Shown: positions 51,664-60,065 of the stretch, piece by piece | Position numbering within the stretch: position 1 is the stretch's first letter | Layout of the letters: every line of letters begins with the position of its first letter | Origin: a virus | Taxonomy: Duplodnaviria; Caudoviricetes | Length of the DNA: 60,065 bases | IMG/VR virus record: IMGVR_UViG_3300033109_000118 | Location: 1 to 60,065 of that record | Strand: one strand, 5' to 3' | Program-made: the position numbers and the translations under genes | Notes under the pieces: model-generated | Seen by the model: the letters and a program-made list of their open reading frames with translations, nothing else | Told to the model about the DNA's origin: nothing | Database searches by the model: none

Positions 51664-52524
51664 ATGACTACTACCGCCATCAAGCCCCGCCGCATCTACC
51701 TCGCCTCTTCCTGGCGCAATCCCAACCAGCCGGAAGTCCTGGCCGCCCTGCGTGCCGCCGGCCACGAGGTCTACGACTTCCGTAACCCGGCGCCGGGCAA
51801 GAACGGCTTTTCGTGGCGCGACTGCGGCACCCAGGCCGCCCTCGACCACGCCAAGACGATCCCGTCCTACCTCGAGGCCATCGAGTCGGACCGCGCGGCC
51901 GAAGGTTTCAGCTTCGACAAGGCTGCATTGGACTGGTGCGACACCTGCGTGCTGGCCCTGCCCTGCGGGCGCAGCGCGCACCTGGAACTGGGTTACGCCT
52001 GCGGCCAGGGCAAGGACACCTACGTGCTGCTGCACGAAGACAAGTTCGAGCCCGAGCTGATGTACCTGCTGAACACCAATATCTGCACCGATGTTGGGGA
52101 GATCATTGATTTCATGGCTGCGCGCCATCCCTATGACATCGCACGCTGGCACCAGGAAAGCGGTGGCAACTTCACGTATCCCGGTGGTCATGCCGTGCGC
52201 CTGCTACGGGAGGTCGTCGAGCTCTGCGTCGCTGCTGGCGCCGACATCAATGAGATCACGCGCGCCGTCCAGGCCGAGATCCGCAAGGCGCAGGACCGCG
52301 GCGAACGCGCGGACCCCAGGGCCGTGCCCAGCGAGTGGGCCGACTGCGCGATCCTGCTCAAGGTCTTCGCGCATTACGCCGGCATCAGGGAGCATGTCGA
52401 GATTCGCAACAAGCTCGACATCCTCTGGGAACGTCAGTGGGGTGCCGCCAACAGTGGCGCGCTGTATCGGCCCGATCAGATCGTGCACAGCTTGACCCAA
52501 TCGGCCGATCAGGTGTCGGCATGA
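51664..52524 (+). CDS. Nucleoside 2-deoxyribosyltransferase-like domain fused to a MazG-like NTP pyrophosphatase
   Basis: IYLASSWRN..CD.CVL..GRSAHLELGY; then REVVEL..EWAD..KL....RQW. Confidence 0.7.
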   Translation: MTTTAIKPRRIYLASSWRNPNQPEVLAALRAAGHEVYDFRNPAPGKNGFSWRDCGTQAALDHAKTIPSYLEAIESDRAAEGFSFDKAALDWCDTCVLALPCGRSAHLELGYACGQGKDTYVLLHEDKFEPELMYLLNTNICTDVGEIIDFMAARHPYDIARWHQESGGNFTYPGGHAVRLLREVVELCVAAGADINEITRAVQAEIRKAQDRGERADPRAVPSEWADCAILLKVFAHYAGIREHVEIRNKLDILWERQWGAANSGALYRPDQIVHSLTQSADQVSA

Positions 52525-54332
52525 TCGAAACCGAAATCCGCCACGGCCACCTGTTCTGCGGCATCGGCGCCGGCGCCAAGGGCTTCAACGCCGCCCGGCC
52601 CCGGGTTGGCAACATGGTGGGCCGCTTCCGCTGCCTGGGTGGCATCGACGTCGACCGCCAGGCGATCGAGGACTTCGGCCGCCTCACCGGCGTGCCGGGC
52701 ACGGTGCTCGACCTGTTCGACCGCAGCCAGTACATCGCCTTCCACGGCCATGAGCCTGGCGCCGACTGGCGCGAGGCCGGCACCGCCGAGATCCACCGTG
52801 CCTTTGGCTACGAGCGGCCGCACATCGTCTTCCTGTCCGCCCCCTGCAAGGGCTTCAGCGGTCTGCTGTCCGAGGGCAAGAGCAAGACCGACAAATACCA
52901 GGCGCTCAACCGCCTGACGCTGCGCGGTGTCTGGCTGATGCTGGAAGCCTACAAGGACGATCCGGTGGAGCTGATCCTGTTCGAGAACGTGCCGCGCATC
53001 GCCACCCGTGGCCGGCACCTGCTGGACCAGATCACCGGCTTGCTGCGAAGCTACGGCTACGCCGTGGCCGAGACCACACACGACTGCGGCGAGATCGGCG
53101 GCCTGGCGCAGAGCCGCAAGCGCTTCCTGCTGGTGGCCCGCCACCAGGAGAAGGTGCCGCCGTTCCTGTACCAGCCCGACAAGAAGCCCCTGCGCGCCGT
53201 GGGCGACGTGCTGGGCCGCATGCCCATGCCCGGCGCCGAGCTGGGCGGCCCCATGCACCGCATTCCGGCGCTGCAGTGGAAGACCTGGGTGCGGCTGGCC
53301 TTTGTGGAGGCCGGCAGCGACTGGCGCAGCCTGAACAAGCTGGCGGTGGAGGATGGCCACCTGCGGGACTTCCTGATCGTGCCGGACATGCACAGGGGCA
53401 TGCTGGGCGTGCAGGACTGGCAGCAGCCCAGCAGCACCGTCACCGGCAAGGGAAGGCCCAGCAATGGCAATTTCGCCATTGCAGATCCGCGTCAGCCTGA
53501 TGGTTCCGCCCAGTACCAGCAATACGGCGTGCTCGACTGGGATCGACCCACCGGCACCGTGATCGGCGTCAAGTCACCTGGCCAAGGTGCATACAGCGTG
53601 GCCGATCCGCGTCATGATGGTCCGGCCAAGCACTCCAACGAGTTCCGCATCGTCACCTGGGACCGCAGTGCGCAAGCCGTGACCAGCGCCCACGGTACCG
53701 GACAAGCCGTGGCGGATCCGCGCGGCGGTCCTGATGCGGCAGCTCTGCATGGCAAATACCCGGTGCATTCCTGGGTTGATACGTCGCGTGCTGTGATTTC
53801 AGGTAACGCCAATGGCGCCTTTGCCGTGGCCGATCCCCGGCCCAACATGAGCCGTGCCAAGGGCGACAACTACCTCACCGGCGGCCACTACGGCGTGGTG
53901 CCGTGGGCGCAGCCCAGTTATGCCGTATCGGCTTCGGCCTGCCTGGACAACGGCCACTGGAGCGTGGCAGATCCGCGCCCCATGCCGGCGCCAGACGACA
54001 AGCTGGTGTGCCGCATCCAGTCGCTCGACGGCACCTGGCACCGGCCCTTCACCACGCTGGAACTGGCGGCCCTGCAGTCGCTCTTCGACCCCGAGGAATG
54101 GTTCAGTCCGGAGGGCGGCTATTTCACCCTGGCCGGCAACAGCGACCAGCGCTGGCGCGAAGGCATCGGCAACGCCGTGCCGTCGGCCGCCGCCACGGGC
54201 ATCGCCGAGGTCATGGGCGAGACGCTGCTGCTGGCCATGTCTGGCGAGACGTTCCAGCTGTCCATGAAGCCGATCTGGGTGCAGCCGCTGGCCATTGCGC
54301 TGACCGTGCAACCCTGGGGAGCAACACCATGA
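52521..54332 (+). CDS. C5-cytosine DNA methyltransferase
   Basis: LFCGIGAG, APCKGFS, FENV, QSRKR, IGNAV. Confidence 0.92.
   Translation: MIETEIRHGHLFCGIGAGAKGFNAARPRVGNMVGRFRCLGGIDVDRQAIEDFGRLTGVPGTVLDLFDRSQYIAFHGHEPGADWREAGTAEIHRAFGYERPHIVFLSAPCKGFSGLLSEGKSKTDKYQALNRLTLRGVWLMLEAYKDDPVELILFENVPRIATRGRHLLDQITGLLRSYGYAVAETTHDCGEIGGLAQSRKRFLLVARHQEKVPPFLYQPDKKPLRAVGDVLGRMPMPGAELGGPMHRIPALQWKTWVRLAFVEAGSDWRSLNKLAVEDGHLRDFLIVPDMHRGMLGVQDWQQPSSTVTGKGRPSNGNFAIADPRQPDGSAQYQQYGVLDWDRPTGTVIGVKSPGQGAYSVADPRHDGPAKHSNEFRIVTWDRSAQAVTSAHGTGQAVADPRGGPDAAALHGKYPVHSWVDTSRAVISGNANGAFAVADPRPNMSRAKGDNYLTGGHYGVVPWAQPSYAVSASACLDNGHWSVADPRPMPAPDDKLVCRIQSLDGTWHRPFTTLELAALQSLFDPEEWFSPEGGYFTLAGNSDQRWREGIGNAVPSAAATGIAEVMGETLLLAMSGETFQLSMKPIWVQPLAIALTVQPWGATP
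53400..53982 (+). repeat. Five ~40-aa ADPR-ending repeats in the MTase variable region
   Basis: FAIADPR, YSVADPR, QAVADPR, FAVADPR and WSVADPR, each preceded by V..W. Confidence 0.85.
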
Positions 54333-54817
54333 AAACCCAATACCGTGAAGCCTCGCGCGCCAAGCACGCCGGCTACCTGCCCATCCACATCGCCATGATG
54401 CAGGTATCAACGCTGACGCCAGAAGAACGCCGGCAGCGCGTGAAGCCATACCAGACTGCGATCCAGCACCTGCAGTTTGGTGGCTTTACCGTCGAAGACT
54501 GGCGCCACCTGGCCGATGCCTTCAACTTCGGCGAAGTCTTCGCCCAGCCACCGTTCAATCTGTGCAACGACCATGCCGAGAAATTCGACGCCGCCCAGCA
54601 GGTTCTGGGTGAACTGGTCGACCAGCACCGGCGCATCAACAGCTGGACGGCGCGCGCCTACCAGCTGCAGGCCATCAAGGCCGCCGTGGAGATCCACGAG
54701 ATACAGCTGAGTTTTGCCGGCCTGGGCGAGATCATGCAGGCCGAGCGGACTATCTGCAATCGCATCCGGGGTGCCATGGCCAATGGGTCGGCCATCCTGG
54801 TGGAGCCGCTGCAATGA
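54329..54817 (+). CDS. Hypothetical protein
   Basis: Start MKTQYR with ATGA overlaps. Confidence 0.65.
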   Translation: MKTQYREASRAKHAGYLPIHIAMMQVSTLTPEERRQRVKPYQTAIQHLQFGGFTVEDWRHLADAFNFGEVFAQPPFNLCNDHAEKFDAAQQVLGELVDQHRRINSWTARAYQLQAIKAAVEIHEIQLSFAGLGEIMQAERTICNRIRGAMANGSAILVEPLQ

Positions 54818-54999
54818 TTACCGTCGCCGAATTGATTGCCGAGTTACAGCGCCAGCCGCAGGGCCGGCCAGTGCGCGTCGTCATGCGCGAAGTCTTCTTT
54901 CGAGACGAGGCTGGCGAGACGATGATCCGCGTCAGCGAAGAAGAAGCCACCGAGGCCGTGAGCAACGAAGGCCCATACGTCTTGATCCGGGGGAAGTGA
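54814..54999 (+). CDS. Hypothetical protein
   Basis: TVAELIAELQ..P motif; coupled. Confidence 0.6.
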   Translation: MITVAELIAELQRQPQGRPVRVVMREVFFRDEAGETMIRVSEEEATEAVSNEGPYVLIRGK

Positions 55000-55553
55000 T
55001 GCGTATGACAGGCATCCAGCGCAAGGCGCACATCGACGGCAGCTACCGGTGGACCCTGCACAGGACTTGGGACGAGCGCCAGGCCCTGATGGTGGTCATG
55101 TTCAACCCCAGCACGGCAGATGCCGAGCAGGATGATCCCACCATTCGACTGCTGTGCCAAATCGCGGTACACAACGGCTACGGCGGCATCGTCGTGGTCA
55201 ACGGTATCCCACTTCGCAGCACCCCGCCGGCACCGGCCTTCGCCATGCTGGAGTGGGACAAGTCCAGCGACTGGAGTTCGCGCGACGCCCTGCAGCTGAA
55301 CCTGAGTCATATCCAGACCCATGCCGCGCAGGCCGGCGCCATCCTGTTGGCATGGGGCGCGCTTGCCTTCAAGACCAACTCCAGCGCCGATTGGTTCGAT
55401 AACGTCCGCGAGGAAATCGAGGCCGCCGTCAAGGAAGGTACGCCGATCTACTGCCTCGGTAAGACCAAGGCTGGCTGCCCTATTCACCCCATGGCCCGGG
55501 GCCGCATGAAGGTGCGGCCAGATGCCAGGCTCATTCCATGGAGTTCGAAGTGA
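54999..55553 (+). CDS. DUF1643 family protein
   Basis: YRW.L.R.W..MFNPSTAD..DDPTI..AWG..HP. Confidence 0.85.
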   Translation: MRMTGIQRKAHIDGSYRWTLHRTWDERQALMVVMFNPSTADAEQDDPTIRLLCQIAVHNGYGGIVVVNGIPLRSTPPAPAFAMLEWDKSSDWSSRDALQLNLSHIQTHAAQAGAILLAWGALAFKTNSSADWFDNVREEIEAAVKEGTPIYCLGKTKAGCPIHPMARGRMKVRPDARLIPWSSK

Positions 55554-55555
55554 AT

Positions 55556-55765
55556 TCAGTCCTTCGCATTCTCCACGCAGGCCAGGAAGTTCGTGGCCAG
55601 CGTCTGCATCACCAGCGACATCAGGTACTCACGCTGCGGATGCGTGCCGCCTACGCCCATCTGCAACAGGATCTGCTCAGCCTTGCTGACTTGCTCGATC
55701 GTTATCAGCGTCGATTTTTCAATCAGCGCGTGCATGTGGGGGTTCAGTTCGCCTCTTGTCGCCAT
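55556..55765 (-). CDS. Small antisense-oriented hypothetical protein
   Basis: GGAGG RBS; exactly fills the gap between two plus-strand genes. Confidence 0.55.
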   Translation of the reverse strand: MATRGELNPHMHALIEKSTLITIEQVSKAEQILLQMGVGGTHPQREYLMSLVMQTLATNFLACVENAKD

Positions 55766-55793
55766 TTTTGCCTCCTTTGATTGGAGCTTCAGT

Positions 55794-56453
55794 ATGAACG
55801 AAAAAATCTCCCGCTATCCCCTGCAATGGCCTGTGGGCTGGAAGCGCACCGAGCCGGCTGAGCGCAGTTATGGCCGCTTCGGCGTTTCTCGCCAGGGACC
55901 TGGCCAGAACTACAGGCACAAGCAAGACGTGACGGTGCACGAGTCAGTGGGCCGCCTGCTGACGGAGCTGGGCCGCATGGGCATTGGCCTGGATGACATC
56001 GTGGTGAGCACCAATGTGCCCACCCGGCTGGACGGCATGCCCCGCAGCGACGCCAAGCGGCCGGAAGACCCGGGCGCAGCTGTGTACTGGGTGGACAAGG
56101 CAGGCAACCGCCGCTGCATGGCCATCGACCAGTACACCAAGGTGGAGATGAACATCGCCGCCCTGGCCGCCACGCTGGAGGCCATGCGCGCGATCGAGCG
56201 GCACGGCGGCGGCGAGATCCTGGACCGGGCATTCACGGGCTTTGCAGCGCTGCCGGCGCCGGCCGAGGCTTGTGCAAAGCGCCATTGGCGCGAGGTGCTG
56301 GAGTTCGGCAACGGGCCGGCCAACGAGGCCGAGATCAAGCGCAATTACCGCATCCTGTCCAAGGCCTACCACCCTGACCTCAAAGGTGGTGACGCGGCCA
56401 AGATGGCCGAGCTCAACGTGGCGCGGGATGAGGCTTTGGGAGAGTTGAAATGA
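55794..56453 (+). CDS. Phage protein with C-terminal J-domain
   Basis: YPLQWP.GW.RT N-terminus; IKRNYR.L...YHPD..GG..MAELN.A. Confidence 0.85.
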   Translation: MNEKISRYPLQWPVGWKRTEPAERSYGRFGVSRQGPGQNYRHKQDVTVHESVGRLLTELGRMGIGLDDIVVSTNVPTRLDGMPRSDAKRPEDPGAAVYWVDKAGNRRCMAIDQYTKVEMNIAALAATLEAMRAIERHGGGEILDRAFTGFAALPAPAEACAKRHWREVLEFGNGPANEAEIKRNYRILSKAYHPDLKGGDAAKMAELNVARDEALGELK

Positions 56454-57028
56454 ACCAAGCCCAACAACTGCGCGAGGCTGCACAACAGTGCATCAACTTC
56501 CGCATCGGGAACATGGGCAACTACTCCGAGCAGGTCGTGAAGCTGATGAATATTCGCCAAGCATTCCAGTCGCTCTCGTCGCCAGAGCGCGTGCTGGGGT
56601 TGCTCAATGAGATTGACAGCCTGCGCGCCGCCCTACTGGAAGCATCCGCGCAGCGAGAGCAGCCAGCCGCAAGCGATGTGGATTGGAAAGCTGAGTGTCA
56701 ACGTGTCCAAGCGCTGTTTGAGAAGGAAACACTTCGCGCATCTGAACTGCATGAGCAATTGCGCCAAGTAACCGAACATCGGGATCATTGCCTGCGTGTC
56801 GTTGATAAGCTCAAGGCAGCAGAGCAGCCAGCAAGCAAACCTAATTGCAAAGAGTGCGAAGATCACCGCCGTACTCAGCAGGCCAATAAAGAATGGCGCG
56901 AAGATGTTGCGCGTGGACGCGAGATCATCAACGGACTAGCCGCCAGCAATCCAGATCCGCAAGCACAGGCAGGAGAGCCTGACTATCGGCGCATCACTTC
57001 GACCAACCAGCCGGGGGAACCATCGTGA
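56450..57028 (+). CDS. Hypothetical (Ead/Ea22-like) coiled-coil protein
   Basis: SPERVLGLLNEI pattern. Confidence 0.55.
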   Translation: MNQAQQLREAAQQCINFRIGNMGNYSEQVVKLMNIRQAFQSLSSPERVLGLLNEIDSLRAALLEASAQREQPAASDVDWKAECQRVQALFEKETLRASELHEQLRQVTEHRDHCLRVVDKLKAAEQPASKPNCKECEDHRRTQQANKEWREDVARGREIINGLAASNPDPQAQAGEPDYRRITSTNQPGEPS

Positions 57029-57573
57029 CAACCCAACACAACGAGCCGGTGAGCGTGGAGCTGCCGCCACTGCCGAAGCCGTTTATCAATCTCGATATGA
57101 CGCCCGGTGCAAAGCTGTCATGGGGAGCGCAGATGCGTCAGTACGCACTGGACGCCATTGCCCTGCTATCCGCGAAGCCTGAGCCTGCCGGGGAGCGGGG
57201 GGAGGCGCATCCAATCGAAACTTCCGTTGCGCATGATCTTGAGCGCAGCGACTGGACGCCTGAGGACGCGCTGCGGTTTTACGCCGCCGGGCGACATTAC
57301 GACACCGTCCCGAATGGTGACGGAACTAGCAGCACAAGAATCTTGGACACCGGGGCGATTGCCAGCAATGCGCTTAAAGAACTTTCTCGGAGCTATGCAG
57401 AAAGCAAGGGTGATGTGGCCCTGCTGGCCGCAGACGCACAGCGACAGGCGTTGAAGCCACTGACGGAAGAACAGCGCGAGAAAATCGCGCAAGGCTGGAG
57501 AAAGCGTAACTGGACTTTGGGCGACATCATCGACGCGGTAGAGGCCGCCCACGGCATCAAGGAGCAAGCATGA
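57025..57573 (+). CDS. Hypothetical mosaic protein
   Basis: LPPLP..QMRQYA and EAAHGI motifs typical of phage early ORFs. Confidence 0.6.
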   Translation: MTTQHNEPVSVELPPLPKPFINLDMTPGAKLSWGAQMRQYALDAIALLSAKPEPAGERGEAHPIETSVAHDLERSDWTPEDALRFYAAGRHYDTVPNGDGTSSTRILDTGAIASNALKELSRSYAESKGDVALLAADAQRQALKPLTEEQREKIAQGWRKRNWTLGDIIDAVEAAHGIKEQA

Positions 57574-58412
57574 ATCAACCGAATGACGACATCATCAAGG
57601 CCGCCATTGCAAGCACCTTGACGGCGGAGGAAAAGGCTCTCGGCGCATTCCTTGGCGCTATGCACGAATGCAAACTAGACGGAGCGAAGATGCGCGAAGC
57701 AATGCTTCGGGTTCTCGGCATAACTGGCGAAGCGCAGCCTGCCGAGCAGGCGAAGGGGCAGGAGGCGGTAGGGAGCGTTTATATAAGCCACCACAAAGGC
57801 ATGGAGAACCGGGACTTTGACTACTGGGGAAACCTGCCTGATGGATCGCACATGCTCTACCCCACCCCACCCGCCCAGCCTGCGCGGGAATGGGTTGGGC
57901 TGACGGATTCAGACCGAAGAACTGTGTGGGATGAAGTGCAGCGTTCCAAAGAGCCGGACGATTTTACTTATGCAGCCGCCATCGAATCCAAGCTGCGCGA
58001 GAAGAACGCCGGACTGCCTGCCGCCGACGCCAAGGCTGGCGGAGAATTTATTTTTGCGCGTGCGCGGCGTAGATTGTCTGATGTGGCGGATGCACGGAAA
58101 GAGTGGCCCGACCAAGACCCCGTGTGGCTTTGGCAATTCAGCTTCGATGACCGCGAATTCCCAAATGCTGATGAACTTGAGCAGGTCACGCTCTACGCCC
58201 GCCCCCAGCCGCAAGCCGAGGCGCTGCGAGTGCCTGATGGCTATGTGCTGGTGCCGGTGGAGCCTACCGATGAAATGCGTGATGCAGGAAATGAAGTAAT
58301 TCTCGATCGCGGAAAACTGTTTCGAGCATGGAAGGCCATGCTCTCCGCCGCCCCGCAGACAGCAGCGCAGACGCAAGAGGCGCTAAATCCTGAACAGCGA
58401 GGCCCCCAATGA
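57570..58412 (+). CDS. Hypothetical mosaic protein
   Basis: WVGLTD and VPDGYVLVPVEPTDEM..AMLSAAP motifs. Confidence 0.6.
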   Translation: MNQPNDDIIKAAIASTLTAEEKALGAFLGAMHECKLDGAKMREAMLRVLGITGEAQPAEQAKGQEAVGSVYISHHKGMENRDFDYWGNLPDGSHMLYPTPPAQPAREWVGLTDSDRRTVWDEVQRSKEPDDFTYAAAIESKLREKNAGLPAADAKAGGEFIFARARRRLSDVADARKEWPDQDPVWLWQFSFDDREFPNADELEQVTLYARPQPQAEALRVPDGYVLVPVEPTDEMRDAGNEVILDRGKLFRAWKAMLSAAPQTAAQTQEALNPEQRGPQ

Positions 58413-58417
58413 CCCGC

Positions 58418-58669
58418 CTACAACGCGTCCAGGTCCAGCGTCTCCACCTCGGCCGCCAGCGCCTGGCCAGCGGCGTCGGCCAGCATGCCGTCTTGCGGCA
58501 CCGGCAGAAGCCCGCCCTTGAGCGTGTGCCGGCGGCCATCAGCCAGCTGCAGCTCGCCAAACCACACCAGGTAGCCGGCCTTCACCCGGTAGCCCAGCTC
58601 GTAGGCCACCTCGCGCCTGGTGCGGCGCTGGCGGTACGTGCCGCCGCCCTTCGAAACTCCTATTGCCAT
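58418..58669 (-). CDS. Small antisense-oriented hypothetical protein
   Basis: 83 aa; fills the gap before xis. Confidence 0.45.
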   Translation of the reverse strand: MAIGVSKGGGTYRQRRTRREVAYELGYRVKAGYLVWFGELQLADGRRHTLKGGLLPVPQDGMLADAAGQALAAEVETLDLDAL

Positions 58670-58686
58670 CGCCGGAGCGTATCACC

Positions 58687-58908
58687 ATGAGCGAAGCTGT
58701 TGCCGAAATCCAGGTGGCGCCGGCGCCATACGTCACCATTTCACTGGCGGCGACGATCACCGGTTTCACTGAAAAAGCCATCAGGCGTAAGATTCAGGAA
58801 GGCGTTTGGCTGGAGGGCCGCGAATATACACGCAGCCCGGACGGACGCATTCTCATCAGCATCAAAGGTTTCACATCATGGGTAGAACGGGGACGGGAGT
58901 CAACGTAA
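58687..58908 (+). CDS. xis: Excisionase
   Basis: TGFTEKAIRRKIQEGVWLEG..PDGRILI; overlaps the start of int. Confidence 0.85.
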   Translation: MSEAVAEIQVAPAPYVTISLAATITGFTEKAIRRKIQEGVWLEGREYTRSPDGRILISIKGFTSWVERGREST

Positions 58909-60065
58909 GGCCGAATTCCATTCGTGTCACGTTTACCTTTGAAGGCGAGCAGCAACATAAGACCCTTACTCTCAATGGCAAACCGATGGCGCCGACACCG
59001 GCGAATATCAAGTATGCCGAGCGGCTGGCCGCCGAGATCCGTGAAAAGGTCCGGCTTGGAAGTTTCAGCATGGCCGAATACTTCCCTGCCAGTGGGGATA
59101 CCAAGAGCGGCAACACAGTCGCCATCCAGCTTGATGCTTGGTTGTCAGCCCAGCGGATCGAGTCGAGCACCAAGGCCGGCTACTCCAGCGCAATCAAGTT
59201 CTGGAAAAACGTGGTGTGTGACGCCCGCGGAACTCTGTTGGGAGATCTGGCCCTGCGCGCACTCAAGCACAGCCACATCCTGACCGCATTGGCGAGCCGT
59301 CCCGATCTCACCGGGAAGACCGTCAACAACTACGTGTCGGTATTGCGCGAATCCATGGCGATGGCCCTCAAAGATAAGCTGATCAGTGAAAACCCTGTAG
59401 CTGAAATACCACGCGCGAAGCACCAGAAACCGCCTCCGGATCCGTTCACGCGGGAAGAGTCAGAAAACATCATTGCTTCATTTCATGAGCGCCATGCCGG
59501 TCAAGCCACCAATCTCATCGAATTCTGGTTCTGGACTGGCATGCGTACATCGGAGATCTTCGGTCTGCAGTGGGCCAATGTCGACCTGGCCAGCGGCACC
59601 GTCCTTGTAGCCGAGGCTATGGTGCGCGGCGAGCGCAAGGACAGCACGAAGACCGATACCGTGCGAACGGTCAAACTCAACAGCCGGGCATTGGCAGCGC
59701 TGCAACGCCAGCGCAAACACACTCAGGTGGCAGGTGCCGAGGTTTTCCAGGATCCGCGCTACGACAGTGCCTGGGTGGAAGAACGGGCTTTTCGGCGCAG
59801 CTACTGGACGCCTACTCTTAAGTTGCTTGGGATTCGCTACCGCCGGCCGTACAACATGCGCCACAGCTACGCGACTGCCATGCTGATGGCCGGGATGACG
59901 CCAGCATTTTGTGCCAAGCAGCTGGGGCACTCGGTTGAAATGTTCCTGCGCACCTATTCGAAGTGGCTGGACGGCGATCAAAACGACTTGGAAATGCAGC
60001 GTCTGGAGTCAACACTTTCCGGGAATTTATGCCCGGAGTATGCCCAGAAAGGCAAGGGAAAGTAG
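58878..60065 (+). CDS. int: Tyrosine integrase with arm-binding N-domain
   Basis: TGMRTSE, YNMRHSYA, QLGHS..Y catalytic motifs. Confidence 0.95.
   Translation: MGRTGTGVNVRPNSIRVTFTFEGEQQHKTLTLNGKPMAPTPANIKYAERLAAEIREKVRLGSFSMAEYFPASGDTKSGNTVAIQLDAWLSAQRIESSTKAGYSSAIKFWKNVVCDARGTLLGDLALRALKHSHILTALASRPDLTGKTVNNYVSVLRESMAMALKDKLISENPVAEIPRAKHQKPPPDPFTREESENIIASFHERHAGQATNLIEFWFWTGMRTSEIFGLQWANVDLASGTVLVAEAMVRGERKDSTKTDTVRTVKLNSRALAALQRQRKHTQVAGAEVFQDPRYDSAWVEERAFRRSYWTPTLKLLGIRYRRPYNMRHSYATAMLMAGMTPAFCAKQLGHSVEMFLRTYSKWLDGDQNDLEMQRLESTLSGNLCPEYAQKGKGK

Larger units (their letters stand above)
1..60065. mobile_element. Temperate phage/prophage (podovirus-type morphogenesis, lambdoid regulation), apparently near-complete
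   Basis: Integrase/excisionase, cI/cro, replication, lysis, terminase, portal, capsid and tail genes in canonical modular order. No tape measure or sheath gene seen. Confidence 0.95.

Noticed and set aside
1-60065. CRISPR array, rRNA, IS elements, attL/attR
   Set aside because: No regularly spaced repeats or transposases seen by eye; the window ends at ORF boundaries so att sites cannot be assessed.

Overview
The whole window reads as one temperate, podovirus-type prophage or phage genome, trimmed to the first and last ORF so no att sites are visible. The host is probably a betaproteobacterium: the sequence is GC-rich and DnaB is host-like. A lambdoid switch at about 42.9-44.4 kb (cro, cI, and twin operators at pR and pL) divides the genome. 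Leftward on the minus strand lie replication genes (DUF1376-like initiator, DnaB), a nin-like region (m6A MTase, RuvC, PAPS-reductase family, HNH, a kinase-like ORF) and a Q-like antiterminator. These are followed by an ~870-nt non-coding late leader with a tRNA-CAT, then lysis, GroES, terminase, portal, scaffold, capsid, tail and ejection genes, and a 3408-aa polyvalent virion protein. Rightward on the plus strand lie a structured pL leader, ACP, recombination genes, an NDT-MazG fusion, a repeat-containing m5C MTase, a J-domain protein, excisionase and tyrosine integrase. The most notable observations are four. (1) The enzyme modules of the giant injected protein are each delimited by a repeated xARG motif, suggesting a self-processing effector polyprotein. 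(2) A DDxxD isoprenoid-synthase-like ORF overlaps an ejection protein that has a Cys-Cys leader and an S74 autocleaving domain, suggesting lipidation of a virion protein. (3) Several highly structured non-coding RNAs are present. (4) The CI repressor carries an inserted PD-(D/E)XK domain. All family assignments come from motif recognition by eye; no searches were run.
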